From the NCBI GenBank assembly GCA_039190745.1, contig JBCCXZ010000049.1, positions 1 to 31,056 on the forward strand: a DNA stretch of 31,056 nt, read 5' to 3'. The DNA comes from Planctomycetota bacterium (GTDB taxonomy: Bacteria > Planctomycetota > Planctomycetia > Pirellulales > Lacipirellulaceae). Below, piece by piece: positions 1 through 8,962 of this stretch (position 1 is its first letter; each line of letters opens with the position of its first letter). The notes below the pieces were generated by a model, which did no database searches, was not told the DNA's origin, and worked only from the letters and a program-made list of their open reading frames with translations. The position numbers were made by a program, and so were the translations under genes.

Positions 1-1
1 C

Positions 2-970
2 GCCCGACTCGGCGAGGCGCAGGAGTTCGTCATCGGGCATGCTCGACCAGAGGAAGTAGGAGAGTCGCGTGGCTAGCTCCCAATCATCAACCGCGTGCTC
101 GTTGTTTCCCTTCGGCGACTGTTCCACGCGTAGCAAGAACCGCGGAGAAACAAGCACGCCGGGCAGCACGCCCTTAAAAGCCTCGAACGGCCCGATGCCC
201 GCGTCTCGGGCGGCTTGATAGTCGTTCTTAGTCTGTGTGAGGTCGGCCTCCGACGGCGGGCGTCGATAGGCCCGCAGCAGGAACCGCTGCAGCAGACGGT
301 TTGCCCGATCGTCGTTGAGGCTGTCCATGGATACGCCTTGGAAAACCACATCTCGCGTCGCCGCCGCAACGTCGCCTTTGCCTTGCCCGGGAAACGCCGC
401 GTCGACCACCCGTTCAGCCGCTGCGATGTATCGCTCCATCAGCGCGGGCTGCAGGAACAGCGTTGACGAGTCGTTATCGAATCCAGTCGCCCCGGTCAGC
501 TCGCGAGGGAACCGGTCGGCCGGACGCAGGTCGACTCCCAGCAGGTCACGCAGCGTATTGTTGTACTCGCGGTGCGTGAGCCGCCGCACGGGTTCGTGGC
601 CAACGGACGAAACAGACCGGTAATCAAAGCGATCGAGTGCCCCGTCGATTGCGTTTGCTAACCGCTGCCGCTCCTGTGCTGCGGGCTGTTCGGCTCCTTC
701 GGGCGGCATCGCTTTCAGTTCGATGACCCTCGCGACCTGTCGCCACGCCGCCCGCTCCTGAACGACAGGTCGTATCGCCAGCAGTTGTTTAAGGTCGAGC
801 CCCCCCTCGCGGGTCTCGCCCGAGTGGCAGTCGAAGCAGTACTGCTGGAGCATTTGCGGGGTGGATCCCGCTGTGGCGAGAGGCGGATCGTACGCCATCG
901 ACGCAAGAACCGCCGCGAGCAAGGGAGCCGTCAATGCGCGGTGTCGACTCGACAGCGGATCACTTGGCAT
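2..970 (-). CDS. Planctomycete cytochrome-c domain / DUF1587-DUF1595-DUF1592 (PSD-type) protein, truncated at window edge
   Basis: Not in the ORF track because it runs off the edge. Hand translation from the ATG at 970 gives MPSDPLSSRHRALTAPLLAAVLASMAY (signal-like), YCFDCHSGETREGGLDL (CxxCH heme motif), VRRLTHREYNNTLRDLLG, GFDNDSSTL, and ELASRLSYFLWSSMPDDELLRLAES, all typical of this family. Confidence 0.88.
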   Translation of the reverse strand, partial: MPSDPLSSRHRALTAPLLAAVLASMAYDPPLATAGSTPQMLQQYCFDCHSGETREGGLDLKQLLAIRPVVQERAAWRQVARVIELKAMPPEGAEQPAAQERQRLANAIDGALDRFDYRSVSSVGHEPVRRLTHREYNNTLRDLLGVDLRPADRFPRELTGATGFDNDSSTLFLQPALMERYIAAAERVVDAAFPGQGKGDVAAATRDVVFQGVSMDSLNDDRANRLLQRFLLRAYRRPPSEADLTQTKNDYQAARDAGIGPFEAFKGVLPGVLVSPRFLLRVEQSPKGNNEHAVDDWELATRLSYFLWSSMPDDELLRLAESG

Positions 971-1177
971 CGCGGTACCTGTCCGTGTTCAGATCTCGGT
1001 AGGGCGCCAGTTGTTGGTTAGTGGCAAGAACCCCAAGACGGTTTACGACAAAACGCTAGGAAGCGGCGAGAAAGAAGCGGATCGGCGACGCTGCCTGAAG
1101 GAGAAACCCAACAGTTGCCGCTTCCTCCCTGGAGCGGCAACCGCCGAGAGCGCTGCCTCCGCCGTTCTGCGGGCTCG

Positions 1178-4100
1178 TCAACGACGCCTCAACCATGGCC
1201 GAGCCAACCGCCGTCCGAACTCCGCGAAGACCGCGTCGGAAGCGCCTCGGTCTTGCTCTTCCTCTTCGCCTTCCGTCTCAAAGAGCCGCTCGACTTCCTC
1301 AGCGCCTTCATCTCCTATTTTCAAGATGTCAAACTGCAGGTTCATGTCGCTGGGATCGGCTGCTGGTTGGTTTTCGATCGATTCGATGGTGTTCGTCCGT
1401 TCGGGGCCCGGCTCCGTATCAGCGTCGCCGCCCAAGAAAGTCGCGATGGCCATCATTGCCGGGTCGGCAGCAGCTTGATGTCCCGTCATCGACATGTGCC
1501 CGGCTTGTCCCGAATGGCCCATCGATCCGTGGGCCGCGACGTGCACCAAAAACTTCGTGAAACTCTCCGCGCCCGCTGGGTCGCTTGCCGTGACCGTGAT
1601 CTCGGTGGTGCCGGCCTGGTTCGTGGCGATGATCAGATCGAGTGTGCCGTCGGCGTTCACGACCGGCGTCGCGAGTGACGGGTCGCTGCTCGTCGCGGCG
1701 TAGACCAACTGGCTGTCGGCGTGATTGAAGTCGTGGAAGACGTCGTCTAAGTCGACGTGGGCGAGCGCTTGCTGAGCGTGCCCGCCAGCCATCCGCATGA
1801 CGTTCGGGATCGGCGTGACCGCGATGGGCACGGCGTTGCGGACGCCGCTAAGGTTGTCCGCCACCTGCGCGTCAGAGCTGAATATCGTTCTCGCGATCAG
1901 GTTTGGCGGCGGACCCGTGGGAGACCCGACGAGCGCCGCGATGCCGTCACCGGTGAGATCGACCGCGTCGGCCGGTGGCAAAACGCCGCTCGTCGAGTGG
2001 CCGAATTGTGCCTGCATCTGACCGTTATTGATGCCGACGTATTGCGCGGGCAGCTTGATATCGTCTTCGATCACCGGGGCCGTTGGGTAGGGCACGAAGC
2101 TCGCGGCTTGTTCGGGGCGATAGATCTGCTCTCCGTTATACGTCCCGTAGTTCAGCGTCACCTGATCGTAGTAAAGAAACGCGTCCTTGTTCACGCTGAC
2201 ATCAACCAAAAACTGGAGGTCCATGGCGGTCGCGATGTTCCGACGCTCGTTGATCGGATTGTCCGTTGGCAGGAACTGGATGTCCCCGCGGATATCCAAG
2301 TAGCGATGATCTTGGATCGGTGGCGTCAGCAGGATGTCGGTCTCGTTCGCGAGCTTGGCGCCGTTGAGAACAGCCGTGCCATTGGGCGCCGGGATAAACC
2401 CGGTCTCAAAACCGCGGATATCGAGGTTCTCATAGGTGAGTGTGGAAAGGCTCTCGCCGTTCAGCCCGTAGCCGTTGTTGTTGTTGTAGCGATTCATCAG
2501 ATCGAGCCCGACGCGGCCGACGAGGCCGGCCTCGTTGAGGATGCGGAAGTCTTTGTACTGCACGTCATTGTTGTACAGCCCGAGGAATCCCTCGTGGTTG
2601 TTCCACAACGTCAGGCCCTCGATCAGGCTGTCAGGCAGGTTCCATCCGTAGTGCTGGATCTGCTCGGCCATACCGTTGACGTCCATGTTGACCGCCGAGC
2701 GGTGGTAGTACATCTGGAAGCCGATCGCCCCGCCGTATGCGACGTTGTCCTTGACCTCGCCAAGCCACGTCTGCCCGACAAGGATGGTCTCGGCTCCATT
2801 AGCCTGCGACGGGTCGGGCAGGTTCTCGGAACGGAAGTTGATCGGCGACTCTTCACTCTGCGGAAACTCAACGCCAAAGATCGCGAACCCCGATCCGGTC
2901 GAGCCCGACGCGACGTTGCCGCGGATCGTCAGACCGCTTCCACCCTGGAACCAAAAGCCGTCGCCCGAATGGCCGAAGTCTTCCCCTTCAAAGTTCGAAC
3001 TAGGAAACAGGTCGTCTCGTGAGGCGCGGGCGTCGAGTCCGGTGCCGTGCGTCTTGACCGCCAGGTTGTTAACAAACGACCCCTTCTCGTCACCCGCCTC
3101 GGTGTAGAACGCCGCCCCGTACGCCCCGTAGCTGACGTTGTCGACCATGTGCACATGGCTGGAGTGGTTGACGTACCCCCAGCCGGGCGTGCCGATCAGC
3201 GCGTTGCCCGTTAGCGTGGAGGCGGGCGGGTCGCCCGCGACGCCGTGGCGGTGGAAATGCACCGCGTACCGGCCTAGCACGTTCGATCCGGTGCCGGCTA
3301 CGAGCTCGCCGTCCTCGATCTCCGCCGGGTCGGGAAGGATCGATTTGTCGGTTCTGCCCAGGTCGTAGAATCCGGTGTAGGCCAAATGGGTGTCGGGGTT
3401 GTGCATGAACATGATGTGCCCGCGACGCGATGTTTCGGTGCTCTCCGACTGGATAAACGCGTTGCGGGTTGTGTTGGCAACATGAATCTCCAGGTCGCTA
3501 GCCGGCGGGATGTGATCGAACGCCAGCGGCTGAGAGATCGTGACCGTGTTGCCGTTGATCGCCGCAACCGTAACCAGCTCTTCCCCAGCCGGCTGAGCCC
3601 TGATGAGCTCAGGGTCGATTGGGTCGGGTACGATCTGATACTGCGTGCCGGCGATCGCCAGCTGGTCGCCAACCCGCCAGCCGTCGGGCGACTCGGTCAG
3701 GGTGAGCGTCGTGTCGCCAGCCCGCGGCGCGTTGGCGGCGGCGACGGTGGTCCAAGAGTTCTTTACGGCGCCGTGCACCTCCGTTGAGCCGAGTAGAATC
3801 ATCCCTCGGCTGACAGCGGTCGGGTCCCAGACGCGATCGATTGCCCCGGTGTCGGTGATCAGGATCTTCGCAGTAACGTCGGCGGCGATGGGGCTGTACT
3901 TCGTGCCCATAACCAGGTGACCGGTAGCTGTGCTGACGAGCGTGTCGACTCGGAGCTGCGTGTCAACACTCGGGTCGAACGTCAGCGTTCCGCCGAGCCG
4001 GACCGTGGCGAACCCTTCGGCGATCTGCGAATCGACCGTGACGGTGTGTCCTTGCGGGATGACGATGCGGGCGCCGCTGGTCGGCAGAACACCGTTTTGC

Positions 4101-4477
4101 CACACGCTCGGGTCGGACCAGTCGCCCGATTGGACGACCGTATGCGTCGCCGACTCAATTGGCACGAGGGCTAAAGCCGCCTGCACCTCGGCCATGTGGC
4201 TCGGGCCGTGCAGCGTGTGGCCCGCCTGAGGCGTTGCCGTGGCCCCGAAGTTGTCTCGCCAAGCCAGGTAGTCTTCAGGCCCGACGGTTCCGTTGGCGCT
4301 GTGGTCGGCCCCGGACAGCGGGATTGTTTGCGTGCCGAGCGAGTCGCGCCAAACTGAGTAGTCAGCCGCATTGACCACAGCATCGCCGTTGTAGTCGCCG
4401 GTCAAAGCGTCGCCAGCGAGCAGGGCCCGAAGTTCCAGCGTTTCTATCTGCAAACGACGCCTGAGCATCTCGGTCAT
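1178..4477 (-). CDS. Large secreted/surface G8-domain protein with parallel beta-helix, N-terminal planctomycete LEPR-XLL motif, dockerin-like repeat and C-terminal cadherin/Ig-like domain
   Basis: Long ORF, probable start MTEMLRRRLQIETLELRALLAGD at 4477. Dockerin-like GDYNGDAVVNAADYSVWRDSLG. G8 start VQSGDWSDPSVWQNGVLPTSGARIVIPQGHTVTVD. GRYAVHFH and GHSGDGFWF beta-helix motifs. C-terminal NQAGTTEITVTASDPAG. Confidence 0.85.
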   Translation of the reverse strand: MTEMLRRRLQIETLELRALLAGDALTGDYNGDAVVNAADYSVWRDSLGTQTIPLSGADHSANGTVGPEDYLAWRDNFGATATPQAGHTLHGPSHMAEVQAALALVPIESATHTVVQSGDWSDPSVWQNGVLPTSGARIVIPQGHTVTVDSQIAEGFATVRLGGTLTFDPSVDTQLRVDTLVSTATGHLVMGTKYSPIAADVTAKILITDTGAIDRVWDPTAVSRGMILLGSTEVHGAVKNSWTTVAAANAPRAGDTTLTLTESPDGWRVGDQLAIAGTQYQIVPDPIDPELIRAQPAGEELVTVAAINGNTVTISQPLAFDHIPPASDLEIHVANTTRNAFIQSESTETSRRGHIMFMHNPDTHLAYTGFYDLGRTDKSILPDPAEIEDGELVAGTGSNVLGRYAVHFHRHGVAGDPPASTLTGNALIGTPGWGYVNHSSHVHMVDNVSYGAYGAAFYTEAGDEKGSFVNNLAVKTHGTGLDARASRDDLFPSSNFEGEDFGHSGDGFWFQGGSGLTIRGNVASGSTGSGFAIFGVEFPQSEESPINFRSENLPDPSQANGAETILVGQTWLGEVKDNVAYGGAIGFQMYYHRSAVNMDVNGMAEQIQHYGWNLPDSLIEGLTLWNNHEGFLGLYNNDVQYKDFRILNEAGLVGRVGLDLMNRYNNNNGYGLNGESLSTLTYENLDIRGFETGFIPAPNGTAVLNGAKLANETDILLTPPIQDHRYLDIRGDIQFLPTDNPINERRNIATAMDLQFLVDVSVNKDAFLYYDQVTLNYGTYNGEQIYRPEQAASFVPYPTAPVIEDDIKLPAQYVGINNGQMQAQFGHSTSGVLPPADAVDLTGDGIAALVGSPTGPPPNLIARTIFSSDAQVADNLSGVRNAVPIAVTPIPNVMRMAGGHAQQALAHVDLDDVFHDFNHADSQLVYAATSSDPSLATPVVNADGTLDLIIATNQAGTTEITVTASDPAGAESFTKFLVHVAAHGSMGHSGQAGHMSMTGHQAAADPAMMAIATFLGGDADTEPGPERTNTIESIENQPAADPSDMNLQFDILKIGDEGAEEVERLFETEGEEEEQDRGASDAVFAEFGRRLARPWLRRR

Positions 4478-4670
4478 CTCAGTTCCCCGAAATCTGGATC
4501 GCAAGCAAGGCTCCCGCGAGACTCACTGCCGCCGACAAGCGGCTGCTATGATCTAGTAGGGGCGGTCGAGAGCTCTTCTAACACGATTTTGGAATTTATT
4601 TGGCCGCGTGCGACGAAGTCCTTTTGGACGCCAACGGATAGCTCACAATCGAACCCCACTCAGAAACCAC

Positions 4671-5252
4671 GTGCTTACAACGAGAGGCAGCCTGCTCGGA
4701 CGCATCCGAGACACGAACGACGCCGACGCGTGGGCCGCCTTCGTCGACATTTACGGACCGCTCGTCTATCGCTACGGCCGCCGCAAGGGCCTGCAAGACT
4801 CCGACGCGGCCGACCTGTCGCAGGCGGTATTGACCGAAGTGGCCCGCTGCATCGACCGTTTCAGCTACGACCCGTCGTTGGGTCGGTTCCGCAACTGGCT
4901 GATGGTGATCGCACGCCACCAGCTGTCGTCCCTGGCAGACAAGCACGTGCGGCATGCCGGGAGTGGTGATTCCCGCGTCGCTGTGGAGCTGCACCAGCTG
5001 CCGGCGGATGATGACCTGGAAGAGCGCTTTGAGTCGGAGTACCGTGAGCATTTGTTCCGCTGGGCCGCCGACAAGGTGCGCGATGAGGTTGAAGAGAGCA
5101 CGTGGCTCGCGTTCTGGCGGACGTCCGTCGAGGGGGCGCCCCCGCAGAAGGTAGCGGACGAACTCGAAAAGAAGGTCGGCTCGATCTATGTCGCCAAGAG
5201 CCGGATCGTGCTCCGCATTCGAGAACTGATCGCGTCGGTCGACGACCGCTAG
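4671..5252 (+). CDS. ECF-type RNA polymerase sigma-70 factor (planctomycete kinase-associated type)
   Basis: TTRGSLLGRIRD..DADAWAAFVDIYGPLVYRYGRRKGLQDSDAADLSQAV (region 2), GRFRNWLMVIAR, region 4 VADELEKKVGSIYVAKSRIVLRIRE. GTG start at 4671 inferred; the ORF is open from 4608. Confidence 0.92.
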   Translation: MLTTRGSLLGRIRDTNDADAWAAFVDIYGPLVYRYGRRKGLQDSDAADLSQAVLTEVARCIDRFSYDPSLGRFRNWLMVIARHQLSSLADKHVRHAGSGDSRVAVELHQLPADDDLEERFESEYREHLFRWAADKVRDEVEESTWLAFWRTSVEGAPPQKVADELEKKVGSIYVAKSRIVLRIRELIASVDDR

Positions 5253-5269
5253 GAGGCCGCCTGAGTCTT

Positions 5270-7348
5270 ATGGATTGCCCGTCTACGAATGCACTGCGGC
5301 GGTTGTGCCTCGATCAGCTGGCAGACGATCAAGCGCAGGCGCTGATAGATCACATCGGGCTCTGCCGCGAATGTCAGGCCGCTATCGACGGTTTGGCGGG
5401 TGACCAGAGCGACGCTGGCCTCATTCTCTTAGCCGCTGCAAGTGAAGGCGACTCGCAGCTCCTACAAGCGGGCCTTGCCGATCTCAAGGCACGCCGCCCG
5501 GACTCCGATTCGGACGCCGCGCTCCACTACCGGGACCTTGCCCCGTGGATCGACGACGGGGATGCCCCTGTCGGGCGGGTTGAGCACTACGACCTCGTGC
5601 GTTGCCTTGGGCGGGGCGGCATGGGGGTCGTATTCGAGGCGTTTGACAGCAAGCTGCAGCGTGTGGTCGCGTTGAAAATGATGGGGCCTTCGCTGCTTAT
5701 CGACCCCGCGAGCAGCGAACGATTCCTTCGCGAAGCGAGGGCCGCCGCCGCGATAGCCCACCCGAATGTCGTCGCGATCCATGAAGTTTCGAGCATTCGG
5801 GAGCTTCCGTTCTTGGTCATGGAATACATCAGCGGCGAGTCGCTACAAGCGCGTCTCGATCGAGAATCACCGTTGGAACTTGGAACCGTAGTCGACATCG
5901 CCACACAGGTCGCCGCCGCCCTCGCTGCCGCCCACGAAAAAGGCCTGATCCATCGCGATGTGAAGCCGGCGAACATTCTAATCCAAGAGGGCTCCGGCCT
6001 CGCAAAGCTCACCGACTTCGGGTTGGCTCAGACTCGGTCCGGCGACCGCTTAACCCAATCAGGAACGCTGCTCGGAACGCCCGAATACCTGGCGCCCGAA
6101 CAGATCAACGGTGGCTCCATCGATCATCGCAGCGACCTGTTCAGCCTCGGCAGCGTCATCTACCGCATGTGCAGTGATCGCCCGCCGTTCTCCAGCGATT
6201 CGATCGTCGCGACCCTTCAACAAGTCGCCGCTACTAGACCGACCCCGCTTAGAAGGCTTGATCCACGCGTCCCGGCCTGGCTGTCGAGTCTTGTCGAAAG
6301 ACTTCAGCAAAAAAAACCGGAAGACCGCCTTTTAAACGCCAAAGACGTTTCCGCGGCCCTCAGTAGCCAAACAGCCACGGTCGCCACGCCGCCGAGTCAA
6401 CGCGTTCGCACACGCGGCCTCAAGCTCGGCACTGTAGTAGCGGCTTTAGCCTGCGTCGTGGCGATCACAACGATCTCTTTGCCACGCGGCGAAACGCAAC
6501 CCTCCCCAGCAAGCAGCTCTGCCCAGCTGATCGAGCTCCTAACCGACCGCGAAGCTACGGAGTTAGTTGTTGAATTGACGTCTCAGCGGACTTATCGAAT
6601 GCCGCCGCTCAGCTTTGACGGCCGTTCTATCAAGCTGCTGGCAAGCCCGGGTATCGAGCCGACGTTGGTATTTAATCTCGCCTTCGACGATGTCGCCATC
6701 AGCTGCCGTGACTCCCGGATCGAGTTTGAGGGGGTTAGCATCGAAATCGGCGAAGACAGGGCTGCTGAAGACGAGGAGGAAGCCGACTTCGAGTCGCTAC
6801 TTTCGGTCGTCGACGGGAGCGTTTCGGTTAAGGACTGCAGTTTTGACGCCGGCGATCGCCCTTGCATCGAGTTGGTCGCATCAGATGCCACCTTGATTGG
6901 CTCGACGTTCGTATGCGCCACAACAGCCGTCGTTTGTGAGCCGTCAGACGCGTCGACGCTGCTCCTAGAAGATTGCTCGATACGCACGGAGACCGGCATT
7001 GCATTTCCGGATAGCGTGCGAGGCACGCTGCAGTTGAACAACACGGTCTTCGAGACGGAATCGGCCGTTGAGATGCTCTATGACGTTGACACTGCCGGCA
7101 AGCTTTCGATCGACGCGCGCAACAATCGCTTCGGTTGCGAACGAGCCGCCCTCCTATTGCTTGATGTCGAGAGTAGTGTCCTAAACGAGCCCAAGAGCTT
7201 GCTGGAAGCCAGTCTCCCGTTCCACTGGCTGGGCACCGACAACCACCTTCCCAAGGTTGCATTACTTCTGGTCGATGAAGACAGTGAGCGCGGACGAAAG
7301 ATAAGCCGGGCCGTGTTCAACGAGCTATTTGGCCAGCAAGGCCAGTGA
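5270..7348 (+). CDS. Membrane Ser/Thr protein kinase with N-terminal anti-sigma-like zinc finger and C-terminal extracytoplasmic beta-helix-like domain
   Basis: ATG at 5270 downstream of AGGAGG (5251-5256). HIGLCRECQ (HxxxCxxC). Hanks motifs LGRGGMGVV, VALK, HRDVKPAN, DFG, GTPEYLAPE, DLFSLG. TM segment LGTVVAALACVVAITTISL. Acidic, beta-strand-rich C-terminus. Confidence 0.93.
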   Translation: MDCPSTNALRRLCLDQLADDQAQALIDHIGLCRECQAAIDGLAGDQSDAGLILLAAASEGDSQLLQAGLADLKARRPDSDSDAALHYRDLAPWIDDGDAPVGRVEHYDLVRCLGRGGMGVVFEAFDSKLQRVVALKMMGPSLLIDPASSERFLREARAAAAIAHPNVVAIHEVSSIRELPFLVMEYISGESLQARLDRESPLELGTVVDIATQVAAALAAAHEKGLIHRDVKPANILIQEGSGLAKLTDFGLAQTRSGDRLTQSGTLLGTPEYLAPEQINGGSIDHRSDLFSLGSVIYRMCSDRPPFSSDSIVATLQQVAATRPTPLRRLDPRVPAWLSSLVERLQQKKPEDRLLNAKDVSAALSSQTATVATPPSQRVRTRGLKLGTVVAALACVVAITTISLPRGETQPSPASSSAQLIELLTDREATELVVELTSQRTYRMPPLSFDGRSIKLLASPGIEPTLVFNLAFDDVAISCRDSRIEFEGVSIEIGEDRAAEDEEEADFESLLSVVDGSVSVKDCSFDAGDRPCIELVASDATLIGSTFVCATTAVVCEPSDASTLLLEDCSIRTETGIAFPDSVRGTLQLNNTVFETESAVEMLYDVDTAGKLSIDARNNRFGCERAALLLLDVESSVLNEPKSLLEASLPFHWLGTDNHLPKVALLLVDEDSERGRKISRAVFNELFGQQGQ

Positions 7349-7363
7349 AGTCGCCCGATCATA

Positions 7364-7381
7364 CGCCAAGCGGTCTTGGCG
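7364..7381 (+). terminator. Hairpin downstream of kinase gene, possible terminator
   Basis: Perfect 7-bp stem CGCCAAG-cggt-CTTGGCG 15 nt after the stop codon, followed by AT-rich AGATATTCATT with no clean U-tract. Confidence 0.4.
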
Positions 7382-7861
7382 AGATATTCATTAGTCGCCG
7401 AAGTTGGACCATCCGCACTCAGATTGCGTCGCCCGGAAGTGCAGTCGGTGTCCAAGACCGCTGAACTTGTGCAGTCAACTCGTCCGCGAAGGTGCTGTGC
7501 CGTTGACGCATCCGTCGCGGTTGGGCAGCCTTTGCCACCCTGACCGAGCGTGCCTGGATTGGCGATTAGCAGCGGTTGACGCTTGCCCAGCCGGTAGCAA
7601 GCGACTCTAGCCGCTTGCAACACGCGTCGAGACGGTCAGCGGTCGGGAGAGATGCGACGCGGCGGAGTTCGACCGATCAATCACGCGACACGCAACCCAG
7701 CTCAATGCTGCCTTATCGAAGCGAGCATTCTCTTGAGCAGCACCGGAGTCGTTCGACCTACCGTGCGGCTGTATGCGATGTAGAGCAGGACGCTTGTCAA
7801 CAAGTTTCTTTTCACGTCAGCCGAGCAGATTGTTGGCAAGCCGAAGTCGCGAGGATAGCAA

Positions 7862-7887
7862 CGTATCAAAACGTCCTTTATGAAACG
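7862..7887. other. Putative tyrosine-recombinase core site (dif/res-like, 10-6-10)
   Basis: CGTATCAAAA-cgtcct-TTATGAAACG: arms match 8/10 as an inverted repeat around a 6-bp asymmetric spacer, flanked by GCAA...TTGC. It ends 24 bp before the recombinase ATG. Confidence 0.7.
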
Positions 7888-7911
7888 CTTGCGGTGTGGC
7901 ATGGTCGGCGG

Positions 7912-8889
7912 ATGGACAACGAGCCATTCCCACAACCTAACGGCGTGATTGGCGTCGGTTCGCGGCGGTGTGTGCCGTCGTTGGTGCGGCGTGAGGGGAG
8001 GCGGGCGGAAGAGAGGTTCATCGAGTTCTTCACCGCTGAGATCCGCAACCCAGGCACTCGGGCGGCGTACGCCCATGCAGTGGCCGACTTTCTCACGTGG
8101 TGCGAGGACCGCGGCGTGGGTTTTCGGCAGGTGACTCCGGTGGTGGTCGCGGCTTACGTCGAGCAGCTCACGGCGAGCTACACCGCCCCAACGGTCAAGC
8201 TGCGGCTGGCGGCTCTGCGGTCGCTGTTCGACAACTTGGTTGTCGGTCAGGTCCTTCCGGTGAACCCTGCGGCGAGTGTCCGTGGCCCAAGACACGTCGT
8301 GAAGAAGGGGCTCACGCCGGTGCTGGAGGCCGAGGAAGCCCGGCGGCTGATCGACGCGATCGATCTGCGAACGGTCGTTGGTCTCCGTGATCGGGCGCTG
8401 GTCGGCGTGATGGTCTACAGCTTCGCGCGGGTCTCCGCCGCGGTCGGGATGAACGTCGAAGACTACTACCCGCAGGGCCGCCGGATGTGGCTGCGGCTGC
8501 ACGAGAAGGGTGGCAAGCCGCACGATGTGCCGGCCCACCACAACGCCGAGGCGTATCTCGACGCATACCTGGAAGCCGCTCGAATCGGCGACGAAAGGAA
8601 GGGGCCGCTCTTTCGTACCGTCTCACGCCGGCGGGAGCTGACGCTAAACCGCCTGCACCGCGTCGATGTGCTGCGGATGGTCAAGCGTCGAGCCCGCCAA
8701 GCCAGAATCCGAACCGCCGTCTGTTGCCACACCTTTCGGGCGACGGGCATTACCGCGTACCTGCGAAACGGCGGTCAGCTGGAGCACGCTCAGCGTATCG
8801 CGGCTCACGAATCCGCGAGGACCACCAAGCTTTATGATCGCACCGACGACGCGGTGAGCCTCGACGAGGTCGAGCGGATTGTGATCTGA
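7912..8889 (+). CDS. Tyrosine-type site-specific recombinase/resolvase (phage integrase family)
   Basis: Full catalytic set: SFARVSA (R), HEKGGK (K), HTFRATG (HxxR), AAHES (H), TTKLYDR (Y). N-terminal core-binding domain RFIEFFTAEIRNPGTRAAYAHAV. Start at MDNEPF (7912) inferred. Confidence 0.95.
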   Translation: MDNEPFPQPNGVIGVGSRRCVPSLVRREGRRAEERFIEFFTAEIRNPGTRAAYAHAVADFLTWCEDRGVGFRQVTPVVVAAYVEQLTASYTAPTVKLRLAALRSLFDNLVVGQVLPVNPAASVRGPRHVVKKGLTPVLEAEEARRLIDAIDLRTVVGLRDRALVGVMVYSFARVSAAVGMNVEDYYPQGRRMWLRLHEKGGKPHDVPAHHNAEAYLDAYLEAARIGDERKGPLFRTVSRRRELTLNRLHRVDVLRMVKRRARQARIRTAVCCHTFRATGITAYLRNGGQLEHAQRIAAHESARTTKLYDRTDDAVSLDEVERIVI

Positions 8890-8962
8890 ACCGCTTGTCC
8901 TTGTGATAGAATACGCGTCAACGGGCCAGGCGGGCGAGGCACGCACACTTTGGAAGGCGCGG

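Noticed and set aside
1757..3022. Long antisense ORFs (this one, and 7702-8541, 10419-11360, 14728-15624)
   Set aside because: Shadow ORFs opposite well-supported genes, expected in high-GC DNA, with no recognisable motifs.
4550..4586. Shared ECF promoter motif (TGT...ACTA on the minus strand) upstream of the G8 and DUF1592 genes
   Set aside because: The match is weak and the spacing differs by 2 nt between the two sites, so two examples cannot support it.
5102..5269. N-terminal extension of the kinase overlapping the ECF gene
   Set aside because: It overlaps the sigma CDS. The AGGAGG and the family-typical MDCPS start support 5270.
6309..6316. A8 homopolymer in the kinase gene as a phase-variation tract
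   Set aside because: Short, in frame (encodes QKK), and there is no evidence of slippage.
7576..7911. 112-aa N-terminal extension of the recombinase in the ORF track
   Set aside because: Not protein-like and it runs through the putative recombination site. The ATG at 7912 gives a typical 325-aa enzyme.
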